Shown here in pieces: positions 1 to 13,525 of a stretch of DNA of 64,000 nt. Every line of letters starts with the position of its first letter. The stretch's first letter is position 1. This DNA is from Octopus vulgaris. Lineage: Eukaryota. A program made the translations under genes and the position numbers. The stretch covers positions 33,294,001 to 33,358,000 of the forward strand of contig OX597815.1 in the NCBI GenBank assembly GCA_951406725.2. The letters are read 5' to 3'. Under the pieces are notes generated by a model. It worked only from the letters and a program-made list of their open reading frames with translations. It had not been told where the DNA came from and searched no databases.

Positions 1-1120
1 TCCATAGTTGTAATTTCTCATGACTTCGATTGTCACTTCATTAGGTAACTTTAGCAAACATAACTGCATCGTTTTTACTTTCTCTTCGTGTCATATTTTT
101 CGCGATTGGAGAAGAGAAATGTCCGTTTCCAGTCGGCATAAAGCTAAGTTTGCACGTATCGTCGCTTGTTTCAGTGATTCACCTCTAATTTCTTTAATAA
201 GAAAATTTCTGGGAAGGATTGGGTTTTCTTTTCTACGCCAATTTTGGTAGGTGTTGGCTATATTGTCACACCGAATGCTTTTCTAATTTGCATTTTTACT
301 TTGATCTAGAAGTATGTTCCAGAGTTGTAGTTTCAAAAGATTTTGCTGTTGTATACCAATTCTTGCTTCTTTCTCGTAAGTATTTCTTTTAGATAGGCAT
401 GGTTCATGAGTAGGGTCTGTGTCGTTCGTTCCTGTTGTTAGAGTACCTTGTGTATGAGTACTAGTCATAGTTTTATCTGTAGTGATGAAAACTGTGTCAA
501 GTTTTGAGATAAGTAGATTCAACTTACTAGATATTTCTGCGGGGAATTCTTCCGTGCTTTTGGTATCTCTCGGTTGTGAGTTTGATTCTGATCCATTCAT
601 TCTGACGTATTGTACATCCAAATAGATAAGTATAGAGTATTTGAAGTGGTGTACAAAAGATTACATTTGTGCCCATTATTTCAATGAGCTTGTTAAACTT
701 TTTTATATTCTCAACATGCTCTTGTCACCAAAGAATGTATATTTATATGGATTGTAGTACTCTGTGTCAACCAATATTCTGTGCATGTTTGAATATACTG
801 ATACAATACCAATACCAATATCAATTCCTTCTGGAAACTATCTTAAGCATGTCCTGAGAATGATTATTTATGAAGTAATCTTTTGTGCCTAATATTTTAA
901 GAAACTTGTTGAACTTTTTTATGTCCTTAACATGTCCCTGTTACCAAAGACTGTATATATGTAATGTAGCAATTTGTAACAGCCAATAATTAACGCAACC
1001 AAATTTCTACATGTTAATTTTGACAATCTTTTTCCAAAGAGTGAAACCGGTAAAGTAAATAAACATATTTTAAATTGCATTTTCAAACCTTCTTTCGTAT
1101 ATAATTCCACTCGTGCGGTA
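1..1120 (-). mobile_element. Penelope-like element, decayed 5' ORF region (runs off window start)
   Basis: Minus-strand peptide LIKEIRGESLKQATIRANLALCRLETDISLLQSR resembles IKEITSRPNDKKTKISLNLAQQGFEVEITLFRLR at ~10240-10345, which lies upstream of a PLE RT; many stops and frameshifts. Confidence 0.5.
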
Positions 1121-1138
1121 CCCTACAACTCCACTTTG

Positions 1139-1139
<1 letters not shown>

Positions 1140-1225
<86 letters not shown>

Positions 1226-1257
1226 CTATCTATCTATCTAGCCATCTATCTATCTAC

Positions 1258-1310
<53 letters not shown>

Positions 1311-1322
1311 AATCTATCTATA
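1140..1322. repeat. Compound microsatellite (TA)n-(TG)n-(TATG)n-(TATC)n
   Basis: Directly visible. Confidence 0.97.
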
Positions 1323-1650
1323 CTTTTCCCCATCCTTTATTATTATTTTGTCTCTTTCTTGATTGTCCTGAAACCTTTCTCTCTGTCTATTTCCCTCCCT
1401 CTTTGCTTTTATTTGTCTCTCTCTTCCTGTTTCCAAACAAAAATACAAAAACAATATTCTCTCCTTCTAAACAAAGCAAAGAAGCATCCGATTCATATAA
1501 TTGAACAAACGAAACGTTCTATTTTTACCATTTTGATTTTGATTTTATCTTGACGAGTTCGAAAAACGAACGAAAGCGCTTATAAAGAATTTTCTAAAAT
1601 TCTTACAGACTCCCTTTTCTCAATATACAATATCTGTACGCCACTTCAAA

Positions 1651-1783
<133 letters not shown>

Positions 1784-1849
1784 CCCTCAAATTTGAGTAT
1801 ATATTCCGGTTGTGAAAAATAATTAAGTTGCTCTATGGCTATGAAAGAT

Positions 1850-2250
1850 GGACAGCACATCATCAAATATATCGTCTAGCAAAAAGGTCTAATTGATACT
1901 GACTGTAAAATATTATGACAATGCCGCAAGTAACGGTATACTGGCAATAAAAAAAAGTTATTGAGAATCCAAACTGTCGTTGAAAAACATCACATCCAAT
2001 AGCTTTTCCACGATAAATGGATGCCAAATAGAAACTGAACCTGCACGTACAGAAATAAGTAAAGGTGCACCTAAGAAACGCTTTTGTGGCTCCATCAAGA
2101 AGATTCTGCTCTTGTTCAAGCATCCAATCTAGCAAAAAGCAGTTGAGGGCTATAATGGATGGAGGAAAGCATGAAGAAAAGAAGCTGCTTCAGATCACAT
2201 TAAAATCAAGAAGCCGAGGAAAAGGAACTGGCAGGAATGAAAGACTTTAA
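1850..2250 (+). mobile_element. RTE-like LINE 3' coding remnant
   Basis: GAPKKRFCGSIKK resembles the G-x-P-K-K-R-F-x-D-x-L-K C-terminal motif of RTE/BovB ORFs; highly degenerate. Confidence 0.45.
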
Positions 2251-2259
2251 CAATGACTG

Positions 2260-2960
2260 AAATAAATGAGAGAAACAACTGGTATGACTAAATATGTCCA
2301 TTCAAAAACAGAATTACCCAAAAACCTAATAAATCATGCCATAACAAAAGAAATCCCAATCACTGCCTTACAGAGAAACACTCAGTCTGAGAATGAAAAC
2401 AAGAATAAAAATATAAATATTCCATTTGTTGTCACCGATAATCTTAGGAACCACAACATTCTACAGCCTACCGAACGACACCTCTTATTTCTACATAAAT
2501 CATTGAACAAAGAATTAGAGAATTACAAATTATCAACTGTCGAAGACAACCACCAAATCACAAAAGACTCTTAACATAGGCAGTATTCACGTCGTAAAAA
2601 GATACAATGCAGATAACAAACTCTGGAGACCCTCGTCGTTGGACATGCGAAATATTTTAACAAAGAGCAAAAAAATTTTCAAGAATGGGAAGGAATATAT
2701 GAAATGTAAAGCAAAAAAAAAAAACTCATCTACTGCATCACATGCCCACAATTCAACGAGAATTATCTTGGTGAAATAGGAACAAAACATCCATTTGTGT
2801 GTATGCACAAAGAGCAAATTAAAGTTTCAATTCATATCGATGTAGCGAACTTTTCAACATTTGCGTGAACGGAAAATTCAAAATATTCCCTCTGTACAAA
2901 ATAAAAGATGAAAATGATCAACTACGAAAGGCAAGAGAATAGTTTGAAAGAATTCTAAAT
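2260..2960 (+). mobile_element. Penelope-like element 3' part (linker + GIY-YIG endonuclease remnant)
   Basis: PKNLINHAI...NIPFVVT, CRRQPPN, LIYCITCP...ENYLGE (GIY-YIG motif) across frameshifts. Confidence 0.7.
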
Positions 2961-3301
2961 CCGAAACTAAACAGGAAATAGTCAACACAATTACTATAAA
3001 CAACTTCTTCTACCTGGATTAACCCAGAACACGTGTGTCTGAAAAGTGGGCCAACGGAAGTACGTACACACAAAGTACACACAATACAAAAATTTTTTCT
3101 CAAAGGGTTTTGATATTCTGTTTTTTTTTTCTGATATTTTTTTAGATAGTTAACTTCAAAAAATATCTTTCTTTAGATATTGTAATTGTATCAATTTTTA
3201 TGCAAAATCTTGTTAATACATACATACATACATACACACACACGCACGCACACACACACATATTTTGTCTGTAAACAGACTGTTTGTATTTTGTTTGTGC
3301 G

Positions 3302-3343
<42 letters not shown>

Positions 3344-4025
3344 TTTGGATTAAAAAAAAGTAGCCCTATTCATCATGTATGAATAGGGCTATTTTTTTTC
3401 TAAAAATGGTAATTTTGCTTTCAATAGGAATGAGAAAAAACTCTATTAAGAGAGATGGAATTAAGTGCAGCTTAATAAGACTTGGCTAAAGCTTTTTTAA
3501 GGTCATTACAGTCATTGAGTGAAAAATTTGTGTGTGTGTGTGTATATAGGGAGCGTTATGGTGTCTAAGAAACATTGTGAAGGATGAAAAGTTTGGTGTT
3601 TTTGTAATGGTGTAAGGTATGGATTAAGATTTGGGTCGTGGTAGTTACAAACAGATGAAAAGTATACACACACACAATACACACGCATACAAATAAAAAA
3701 AACTCATCGGCATATATATATATATACAGACCCACAGATAGACGAATGTGTTGGATAGTCTCACAAGCACATAATACAAGTGTGAGCATGCACAGTATGC
3801 ATGGGGAAGCATACTCAGAAACACATAAGGATACGCGAAAATGCTCAAAGCGCAGACATACGTGCACATGCATACGCATAGCACTGAAATGGAATACAGC
3901 ACATATAAACGGTGAAAAAACGTAGAGCGCGCATGTATACATGCACACAGTATGTAGAGGAGCGTTATTCATGTACATGTACATGCAAATATAAATATGA
4001 GACATTGTGCATATAAGTGCGTGAA

Positions 4026-4505
4026 GGCGGTGAGCTGGCAGAAACGTTAGCACGCTGGGTGAAATGCTTAGCGGTATTTCGTCTGCCGTTACGTTCTGAG
4101 TTCAAATTCCGCCGAGGTCGACTTTGCCTTTCATCCTTTCGGGGTCGATTAAATAAGTACCTATTTCTTTATTACCCACAATGGGCTAAACACAGAGGGG
4201 ACAAACAAGGACAGACATAGGTATTAAGTCGATTACATCGACCCCAATGCGTAACTGGTACTTAATTTATCGACCCCGAAAGGATGAAAGGCAAAGTCGA
4301 CCTCGTCGGAATTTGAACTCAGAACGCAGCGGCGGACGAAATACCGCAAAGCATTTCGCCTGGCGTGCTAACGATTCTGCCAGCTCGCCGCCTTATTAAA
4401 TAAGTACCAGTTACGCACTGGGGTCGATATAATCGACTTAATCCGTTTGTCTGTCCTTGTTTGTCCTCTCTCTGTGTTTAACCCTTTGTGGGTAGTAAAG
4501 AAATA
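4026..4505 (+). mobile_element. tRNA-derived SINE family A (Meta-domain-like), interrupted by an antisense copy of the same family
   Basis: Head ggcggtgagctggcagaaacgttagc, B-box-like gagttcaaattcc, body gactttgcctttcatcctttcggggtcg; resumes at 4395. Confidence 0.85.
4162..4394 (-). mobile_element. Full-length SINE family A, nested, 14-bp TSD
   Basis: attaaataagtacc at 4148-4161 and 4395-4408. Confidence 0.85.
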
Positions 4506-4559
4506 GGTTAATTATCAGTATATTACTCTCTTCAAACCAATTAAAAAGATTTTATTTCT

Positions 4560-4890
4560 TTCAGATTCCCCCACAGCACATAAAATGCTGACACATGAAA
4601 TGAAAAGATATGCAGTCATTGTTGCGACATGTGTGGAACACGGTGAATAAGAAATTGCTAACTTTTTAAATGTTGGAAGATCGCATGTAACTGGAAGCCT
4701 CAGACCGGAATGTTTCAACTGTATCAAAGAGAAACAATATTGCAAACACTTGAGCACTAAAAGAACATTGAAATTCACCCAAACGATTCAAAATATTATC
4801 AAGGATGATCCTGGAAAATCAATAACCTACAGATGTCGGTGAAGACTATCAGAATTATGATGCACAAGCACATTCCATGCAAGTCGTATA
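4560..4890 (+). mobile_element. Tc1/mariner (maT-like) transposase N-terminal HTH remnant
   Basis: EMKRYAVIVAT...EIANFLNVGRS...IIKDDPGKSI. Confidence 0.5.
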
Positions 4891-5154
4891 AACAGAGAAA
4901 TTATTCCCCTATTATGTACACTAAAACGACTAGCATATTTTGCGTCTGAACTTGCCTAGCCGTGTAAAGGATAATGCAAACATTATCCAGATCTCACTCT
5001 ACATGGTGCAAATAACAATTTGAGTGTGTGTGTGTGTGTGCGCGCGCGTGCGTTTGTATATATATATCTATCTGTCTGTCTGTCTATCAATCTGCGTGTG
5101 TAAGTATGTGTGCGTGCGTGCGTGCGTGTGTGTGTGTGCGTGCGTGTGTGTAAG

Positions 5155-6290
5155 TAAAAAAATTACGCGCACTTTTCTTTCTGTAATTTATTAAAACAAA
5201 AATAGAGATTGAACAATTACATCGTTTGTCGACATAGCCTCTTTATTTTTCGATGCAATTCTTCCAGTAGTCTACAAACTTGCTTATTCCATCGGAAAAG
5301 GTTTTCGGCTGATTGCACAGCTCTTTACGCACCGCTTCCTGTGCTTCGTCCGTAGAAAATCGACGACATCGTGAAGGATGTTTGAGCGGTCTAAAGAAGT
5401 AATAATTGAAAGGGAAGATATCTAGATTGTATGCAATGTGTTTCAACAACATGAAACTCAATTTTTCAATAGTTTCACTGGAATGAGTGGCTGTATATGG
5501 GCCGGTATTGATGTGCAACAATAACGCTTAATTTAACAATAGTTCTCGACGTTTGGTGCGAATTCCTCGTTCCAGTTTGTTGGTCAGCATTTCTCTGTAG
5601 TCTACACTGGTGACTGTAGACTTCTTTTCAAGTAATATTCCAGGATAGGCCATTCTGCGTTCTAAAAAAGCGGTTAGCATCAGTTTATTCTGCAGAAGAT
5701 TGTCTTGAATTTCTTTTTTCCCTGGCGATTCCGGGCGTTTCCACTCCATACTCTGCCTTTTAGATTCTGGCTGAAAGTGATGTCTTTAGGTCCCATCTGT
5801 TACCATTTCTCAAAAAAAGTTTCACTTCATTGTTGTAGCGGCCGAGTAAGCGTTGATAGATTTCCACACGATTGCGCTTATACACCTCGGTAAGCTCTCT
5901 TGGCACCAATCTCGCACAGACTTTACGGAAGCGAAGCATGTCATAGATGATTTCGTATCCAGAACTATGACTAGTTTACAGAGAATATGCCACCTCATCG
6001 AGGGTCACTCATCGATTCGCTAGAAGCATCGCTCCAGCTTGTTGAATCTTCAAGTTAGTGGTAAAAGTTGATGAGCGTTCTGCTCCCTTCTCGTGCTTCA
6101 TGTTTGTCCGGCCGATTTTAAACTTCCTGATCCACTCATACACACTTTTACGCGGTAGAGCCCGTCACCGTATTGTATAGCAATCTTTCAATGAATTTCA
6201 ATTGCCGGTACACCTTCAGACAAAAGAAAAACGGATCAGGATCTCTGTTCTTCATTAGTGCACACTGCCAGCGGAGCGACCATGTTTACC
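5155..6290 (-). mobile_element. Decayed mariner transposon
   Basis: EQRSLIRFLLSEG, MEWKRPESPGKK, degenerate HPPYSPDLAP-type motif (HIAYNLDIFPFNYYFF), C-terminal GISKFVDYWKNCIEK. Confidence 0.8.
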
Positions 6291-6389
6291 CTATAACATA
6301 AGAGTGTTTACCCTATAACACTGGAGCGATCAAGATTTGAGTACCAACGAAAGTTTTGGTGACAGCGCGGATAATGTTTTATTTTCCCT

Positions 6390-6450
<61 letters not shown>

Positions 6451-7161
6451 AGAGAGAGAGAGGGGGAAAGAGAGGGACATAGCGGCCGGAAAAGTGGCAC
6501 ATGTACGTGGGACATGTTAACATTGTGTTTATGCCTACTTATAATTACGCCCTTGATATATGATTCGTATGAATGCGTGTGTGTGTACGTGTGTGCGCGT
6601 GTGTGCGTATGGATGCGTGTGTGTATGTGTGTGCGCGTGTGTGCGTGTATAAATGTGCGTGCGCGCGTGTATTTGTCTTCAATTATAATGTTATTGCTCT
6701 CAAGATCACACAAAAAAGCCTAAATAGCGGAAAAACTTTCATCGGAATGATCATTACACATCAGTTTCTATTTAAAGTCTATCCCCTGCGGGAAATATAA
6801 TAGCAATGCACGTCAGTTTACTTGTGATTAATCTAACTTAGAAAACCTGTCTTCCTGTTATGAATGCCATTTTGCCGACAGCAAAATTTATGCAGCGTGA
6901 CTTAAATGAGCAATATACTTCGGTACCCTGAATTTTTAATCTTTGTGTTGTGTTTATATTCGTAAAGAAATTGCATCTATGTTTTCGCGCTTCCTTGGGG
7001 CTGGCCAGATTGGAGCAATCTCAAGATTAATCAGCTGAAATTGCGAGGAAGATCCGGTTCTTGACTGAAGATTAAAGACTTCGAATGACCCGTCCGTGTT
7101 TTTTGTATCATCTATTTGGATGTTTTGTGTTCTTGTCCCATTTTATATTTTATATATATGT

Positions 7162-7204
<43 letters not shown>

Positions 7205-7802
7205 CTTACACATACATATGTAAATAATAATTATAATTATAGACTATGTTTAATATATGTGCATAGGTGTAGGAGTGGCTGTGTGGTAAATAACTTACGA
7301 ATCATATGGTTCCGGATTCAGTCCACTGCGTGGCACCTTGGGCAAGTGTCTTCTACTATAGCCTCGGGGGAGGGGTCAACATGCATTGTGTCTTATGTAT
7401 GTGAAAAATCCTGCGTGATAAATTTTACACTTAATTCACCTGAAGAAAACTGGATTTTTTTACAGGATGTAATATAGTTGTTCATCAATAAAGAACATAT
7501 CTGAAACAGCTGCAGTGAACCTCAACCCATCTGTGTTATTGTTTATAACATACCCTGTGTTGGGATCTTGGGCCTATAGTCGACTGTGGAATAGGTGTTG
7601 GAATGTACTCCTGAGTGACTTTGCGTCCACGTTGTGTATTTGATCAGTACTTGAGAATGTATGCACAACTAGAAATCTGACAGAGCATAACACTGAGCAG
7701 ATGTGCTTTTTCACCTTTAAACATAAGAGATAATTTTTTCTTCACGGCAACTGCAGCAAATTGGCATTTAGAAGTTGAAATATGTCGCAAACTTATGTTG
7801 AA

Positions 7803-8316
7803 CTAGCAGTATCGCCCGGCGTTGCTCGGGTTTGTAAGGGAAATAACTATATAAGCATTTTTAGAGAGTTACTTCCCTTATAGATGCCAATTCGGGCTTT
7901 CTTAGCCATTTCTGTTTTGGTGTCTTCAAGCCATGAAGTCGTTGTTCTAAAAGAACGCTGGTCTCCTTGACAACGCTTTACGACGTTGATTTCCTTACAC
8001 TCCCTTCCCCACAGCTTCACGAGGGAGGGAAGAAGGGGGAGAAGCAAACAGGTGCAGGTGTGACCATGGACGCCAACTCCGCCGCCATCGACACACGAAA
8101 AATTATGCATTAAAATGGAATAAAAAAATGATGTTGAATTATTTTTAAAATCGTAGACTCATCGTAGACGCGCGCTAATAGCCAGACGGGCTCGATATGA
8201 ATTACGACTATAAGATACCCGAATTTGGTTAAACTGCACCGCAAAATGTGGGAGTAGTTAGGAATCTAAATCGAAGGGGACAGACACTCACACAACTACA
8301 GTTTTATATATATAGA
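7803..8316 (-). mobile_element. Non-autonomous Helitron (514 bp)
   Basis: Minus strand begins TC and ends with hairpin cccgagcaacgccggg then CTAG; inserted between A and T with no TSD; empty site at 9373/9374. Confidence 0.88.
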
Positions 8317-8685
8317 TAACCTAAAGTTTGGTTATGCTTAAACACTCTTTGGTACTGCTACAGCTGAATATCTCCCGACCTGGCGGTCTAACAGCGCAAC
8401 TCAGTCGATGTTATTGACCGTGTTTTAGTTAAAGCTTTAAGTATGCCCAGAATTACCTTTCTTCGATATTTCCTGTTGATAACGGCTAAAGAGGTAGAAA
8501 CGCGTCGTCTGAGATTCTGACTGGGGGCAACACTGGTTAGATTTGTTTGTTTGTTTTTTTTACAATATTTTATCGTAAGAGAATTTTTTCTCCAAGTTAG
8601 CTGCAGTGAATTTGACCTTAGAAGCTAAAATATGTCACAAGCATAATTTAACTGACCTATTTGGATGTTTTGTGTTCTTGTCCCA

Positions 8686-8761
<76 letters not shown>

Positions 8762-9119
8762 TGTGTCTGTGTCTGTGTATAAGAACACATACATATGTAA
8801 ATAATAATATATATTACACACTCACACATATAAGCACTAGTACAGTAGGACGAATATAAGTTCAGTGTACCGAAGTATATTGCTGACTTAAGTCACGCTG
8901 CATCACTGCATAATGAATTACGCCACCGGCAAAATATTGTGGATAAGAAGAAGGCTCTTGTCAGTTTTATGTATGTGAAAAATCCTGCGTGATAAATTTT
9001 ACACTTAATTCACCTGAAGAAAACTGGGTTTTTTTACAGGATGTAATATAGTTGTTCATCAATAAAGAAAGTAATTTCTCCACTATTTACACGTGTGATA
9101 TAGCAAAACAATGTTATTC

Positions 9120-9235
9120 CCCTCTCTCTTTCCTCCCTGTCTCTCCCTATCTTCCCTCTCTCCCCTTCTCTCCCCTTCTCTCCCCTTCTCTCCCCTTCTC
9201 TCCCCTTCTCTCCCCTTCCTCATTCTCCCTCTCAC
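9120..9235. repeat. 10-bp pyrimidine minisatellite (CTCTCCCCTT)n
   Basis: About 6 exact units plus degenerate flanks. Confidence 0.85.
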
Positions 9236-9466
9236 CTATGTAGAAATCTGACAGAGCATAACACTGAGCAGATGTGTTTTTTCACCTTTTAACATAAGAG
9301 ATAATTTTTTCTTCACGGCAACTGCAGCAAATTGGCATTTAGAAGTTGAAATATGTCGCAAACTTATGTTGAATAACCTAAAGTTTGGTTATGCTTAAAC
9401 ACTCTTTGGTACTGCTACAGCTGAATATCTCCCGACCTGGCGGTCTAACAACGCAACTCAGTCAAT

Positions 9467-9692
9467 GTTTGTCCTCTCTGTGTTTAGCCCCTTGTGGGTA
9501 GTAAAGAAATAAGTATTTCGTCTGCCGCTACGTTCTGAGTTCAAATTCCCCCGAGGTCGACTTTACCTTTCATCCTTTCAGGGTCGATAAATTAAGTACC
9601 AGTTATGCACTGGTGTCGATGTAATCAACTTAATCCCTTTTTCTGTCTTTGTTTGTCCCCTGTGTGTGTAGCCCCTTGAGGGCAGTAAAGAA
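9467..9692 (+). mobile_element. SINE family A, tail-to-body tandem fragment
   Basis: Tail ...gtaaagaaataa joined to gtatttcgtctgcc body. Confidence 0.8.
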
Positions 9693-9852
9693 TGAGCCAG
9701 TTCTACGCATGAATGAGCGCTGGAGATTTTGGGGTAGGTCGAACAAATAATCAAACTTCAATCATTCGGTGAATTTAATTACTAAAATTATTGTGACTAT
9801 GTTCTAATAGGAAATAACCTTTAAATTATCTCAAGCTTTTCCGTTGCAGATC

Positions 9853-10058
9853 ATGTGGCTGTATGGTAAGTTCAGTTCCACTGCGTGGCACCTTGGGCAA
9901 GTGCCTTCTACTAAAACCTCGGTCTGACCAAAGCCTTATGAGTGGATTTGGTAGACGGAAACTGAAAGAAGCTCGTCATATTGGTGTGTTTGTGTCCCCG
10001 TAACTTTGCGGTTCGGCAAAAGATAAAATAAGTACCAAGCTTGGGGGCGATTCTTTCA
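9853..10058 (+). mobile_element. SINE family B (CORE-like), degenerate
   Basis: gtggctgtatggtaag...caccttgggcaagtgcc; homologous to 44695-45103. Confidence 0.75.
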
Positions 10059-10059
10059 A

Positions 10060-11339
10060 CTAGTATATAATGAACTCAACTTGGAAAAAGGGTATACAAT
10101 AAAAGAAGTTTAATGAAAAACATCTGGAACAGTATATTAAATAAAAGAAAACAAGCATATTGGAGAACCCTGACAATGAAAACTTAGCCAACCCATATGA
10201 ATAATAGACGAGCAGAGAAGTAATACTCTCAAGAAGTCTTCGTATAAAAGAAATAACGTCGAGACCAAACGATAAAAAAACAAAGATTAGTCTCAATTTA
10301 GCACAACAGGGGTTTGAGGTTGAAATCACACTGTTTCGTCTTAGAGTATCACACTTTCAAAAGAAATTATCAAAAGAAGTAGTGGAAATATATTGAATAA
10401 AACTTCTAAGCATGTGGAAAATTGACACTACCAGAAAAAAAAAATAAAATGCAAATTTTGGAGTCAAAAATACTGTGGCTACACGAATACGAAAACACCT
10501 ATGGGAAAGACCAGATAGAACCTAAATACTGAACCTCTGAAACAGCTTCTGGACCTCAAAAGAATACCAACACTTTAAACAAAGAAAAAGGATTTCCACA
10601 AAACAGATAAAGATACCTCAGTTTCCAAAGAAACATAGAATTTCGATTATACACATGTAATAAGAAGTAAGAAAAGATACAACTCTCACCAAAGACACGG
10701 TAGAACTCTCCAGAGATCAGATCGAAAATCTACGAGGACTACATGAAATGACAATAGAATAAGGAGCCAACTCCCAAACCAAGAATCAAGAACTTACTAA
10801 GCCAGGGATAACTAACCTAAAATATTTTCATATAGAAGAATACAAAATCCGAACATAAACACTCCCAACTCTAATGGAAACCATTTTTTAAAGATAAGAG
10901 ATCTACCACCAGAAAAGGGAAAACAAATAACATCATTCCTCAAGGAACATTAGAAAACAAATATACAAGTAAAACCAAAATTATAAATTTATCCAACAAA
11001 AAATATCTCAACAAGAGATAAAACTTCCGCAAAATGGATTAAAACTTGTACTCACTCCAAAATCCAAACAAGCTGAACTTGTAAGAGATATACAAGAATT
11101 TTGCTGGAAACTACGATTAAGAGAATTAATTCTTCCGAAATGCTGGATACACGGACGAGTCACTAGTCAAAAACAAAACAGTATTCAAACCATCCTTAAA
11201 TAGAAACAAGTACTTGGAAGAATACATAATCTGCCTACGATGATAATCACAATCCATTATCACAAAGAGAAAATGTAAATCTAACGTTTCTAAAGACCAA
11301 CTCCAGCATTAAACAATTTGCAAAACAACTCATCGATTA
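10060..11339 (+). mobile_element. Penelope-like element, 5' half (interrupted by DNA transposon)
   Basis: KIINLS...GLKLVLTPK...DIQEFCWKLRLRE is the typical PLE pre-RT region; frame resumes after 13525. Confidence 0.75.
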
Positions 11340-13525
11340 CACTGGCCAACAAAGTCTAACTTTTTCTGCTGACCTAAGTTTGAGACTTGTTTGGGGGTAA
11401 TTTGGGGTCACTGAGTTTAAAAATAGCAATAGTTTTTTTTATATCACGTCTAGTTTTTTCTATGGGCTGGCCCATATTGACCCCACCCGTAGCCCCATGT
11501 TTCAAATGTTTGTATTTCTCTGACTCTTTTGTTATATATGTGGGTGTTTTACAGTACCAAGTCAAAGAATGAACGTTAGTGACATTGTGAAAAGAACAAC
11601 CTACTTGGCTTATTTAAAGATTAAAATTAGTGATCAGGTTAAATCGTGGGCTCACGATTTAACTGATTTATCCTGATCACCTTTAACTGATTTATCCTGA
11701 TCACCTATGTAAACCCTGTGTCGAAAATCAACGCCAATGGACAAAGGGCACAAGGAAACAACTAACATTTGGCATTCCTACGATGTAGTGAGAGCCAAAG
11801 AACCATGTAAACGATTGCTACTTTTGTCTTAGAAAGACTTCGTGTCATAGCAAGTGAACGTAACAGAAAATAAGTTACCCAAATCTGGATTCAGCAATTC
11901 ATCCAGTGCTTCACTCAGATGAAATACCAGTACCCGTTTTCAAGGATTTGCCTTCACTGCAGGGTGAAAGTGATATATGTGAAGTAGATATAAATCATGA
12001 ACATGACAGTGATATAGACTTTGTAGAAACGTCAACCAAACAACGTGAAGGCTTCAGCCAGGCAGAACTTAATGATTTAGTTAGAGACCTAAGACAGTCG
12101 AAATAGTTATCAGAACTGTTAGCTTCTAGGCTTAAAGAGAATTTGTTGCAGAAAGAAACAAACGCGACATTTTATCAGAACAAGGAAAAAGATCTCTTAG
12201 CAATCTGTATAACTGGAAAAGGTTTTGTTAACTGTTGTGACGTAGAGGGACTGTTAAACATAATGGGTATTGAACAGTATGATCATAGTGAATGGAGAGA
12301 GACTCTTTATAGATAGTTCAAAGAAGAGTCTAGGATATGTATTACTCTCTAATGGAAACCAGTTTGGTGAGCTTCCTATTGGTCAGCCTGTGCACTTAAA
12401 AGATACTTATGATCACATAAAAGTTGTATTAGGTTTACTTAGGTATGATGAATACAAGTGGGTCATATGTGTGGATCTAAAAATGGTCAGCTTTTTACTT
12501 GACCAGCAAGGAGGGTATACAAAATATCCGTGTTTCCTGTGTTTATGGGATAGCCAAGCGAGAGACAAGCATTGGGAACAGAAACACTGGCCAGTGAGGA
12601 AAAGTTTGACAGTTGGAAAGAAGAATATCATACACCAACCACTTGTTGAACGAGAGAAAATCCTTTTTCCACCCCTTCATATCAAACTAGGACTAATGAA
12701 GTAATTTGTCAAAGCTCTTAATGTGGAAGGTCTGTTTCAAATTCATTTCCAGGCCTAAGTTATGATAAAATAACGGCTGGTGTTTTTGAAGGGCCACAAA
12801 TCAGAAAGTTAACGAAATGCCAGAATTTCTCGAGTTTGATGGCTGACACAGAAAAAAGAGCATGGGATTCATTTGTGACTGTTGTGAAAGGATTTTGTGG
12901 GGAGTGAAAAGGCTGCAAATTACAAGGACTTGGTGGAGACATTACTTGATAGGTTTCATCTTTTAGGCTGCACCATGAGCATAAAGCTTCATTTCTTCAA
13001 TAGCCATCTCGATGAATTTCCTGCTAATCTCGGAGACGTGAGCGATGAGCATGATGAACGTTTTCATCAAACAATCAAGATTATAGAGGAGAGATATCAA
13101 GACTAATAGCACACATACATGACGGCAGACTATTGTTGGAGTATTCAAAGAGACTGTGTACACATGAAATACTTCACATGCTCTCGCAAGCGAAAATTTA
13201 TTCCATGAATATGAAGGTATATGTATGATGGTTTGTGCTTTGTCCATCATATTAGAAACATAGCAGTATGTATTTAGTAAAAGGTGACGCTATCTTACAT
13301 TTCATATTCTATTGACAATTATAACTTATGGTTTGAAGCTATAAGACTTAGTAAACTATCCTGTCCAAGTAAATTATTTATACATTACATTATAAAATAG
13401 GGGTATGCTATAGAATGAAAACCTGATAGGTTAGAAAAAATGGATGCCATATTTGAAATCAGCATCTCAAAATTAACTAAAATCAATCACAAAACCGAAA
13501 TCAGCAAAACGTGTGTTGACCAGTG
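11340..13525 (+). mobile_element. Chapaev3-type (CMC) DNA transposon, near full-length, pseudogenised transposase
   Basis: TIRs cactggccaaca / tgttgaccagtg, TWA flanks; motifs EPKNHVNDCYFC, RLFIDSSKKSL, QQGGYTKYPCFLCLWDS, PPLHIKLGLMK, MSIKLHFFNSHLDEFPANLGDVSDEHDERFHQ, ADYCW; superfamily name from recalled family features. Confidence 0.78.

Larger units (their letters stand above)
7107..9466. repeat. Local segmental duplication with indels
   Basis: ~7107-7235 matches ~8657-8810; ~7390-7495 matches ~8965-9069; 7671-7802 plus 8317-8410 matches 9241-9466 almost exactly. Confidence 0.9.

Noticed and set aside
3353-3399. Hairpin followed by a T-run resembling a rho-independent terminator
   Set aside because: Eukaryotic DNA; a short palindrome with no associated gene
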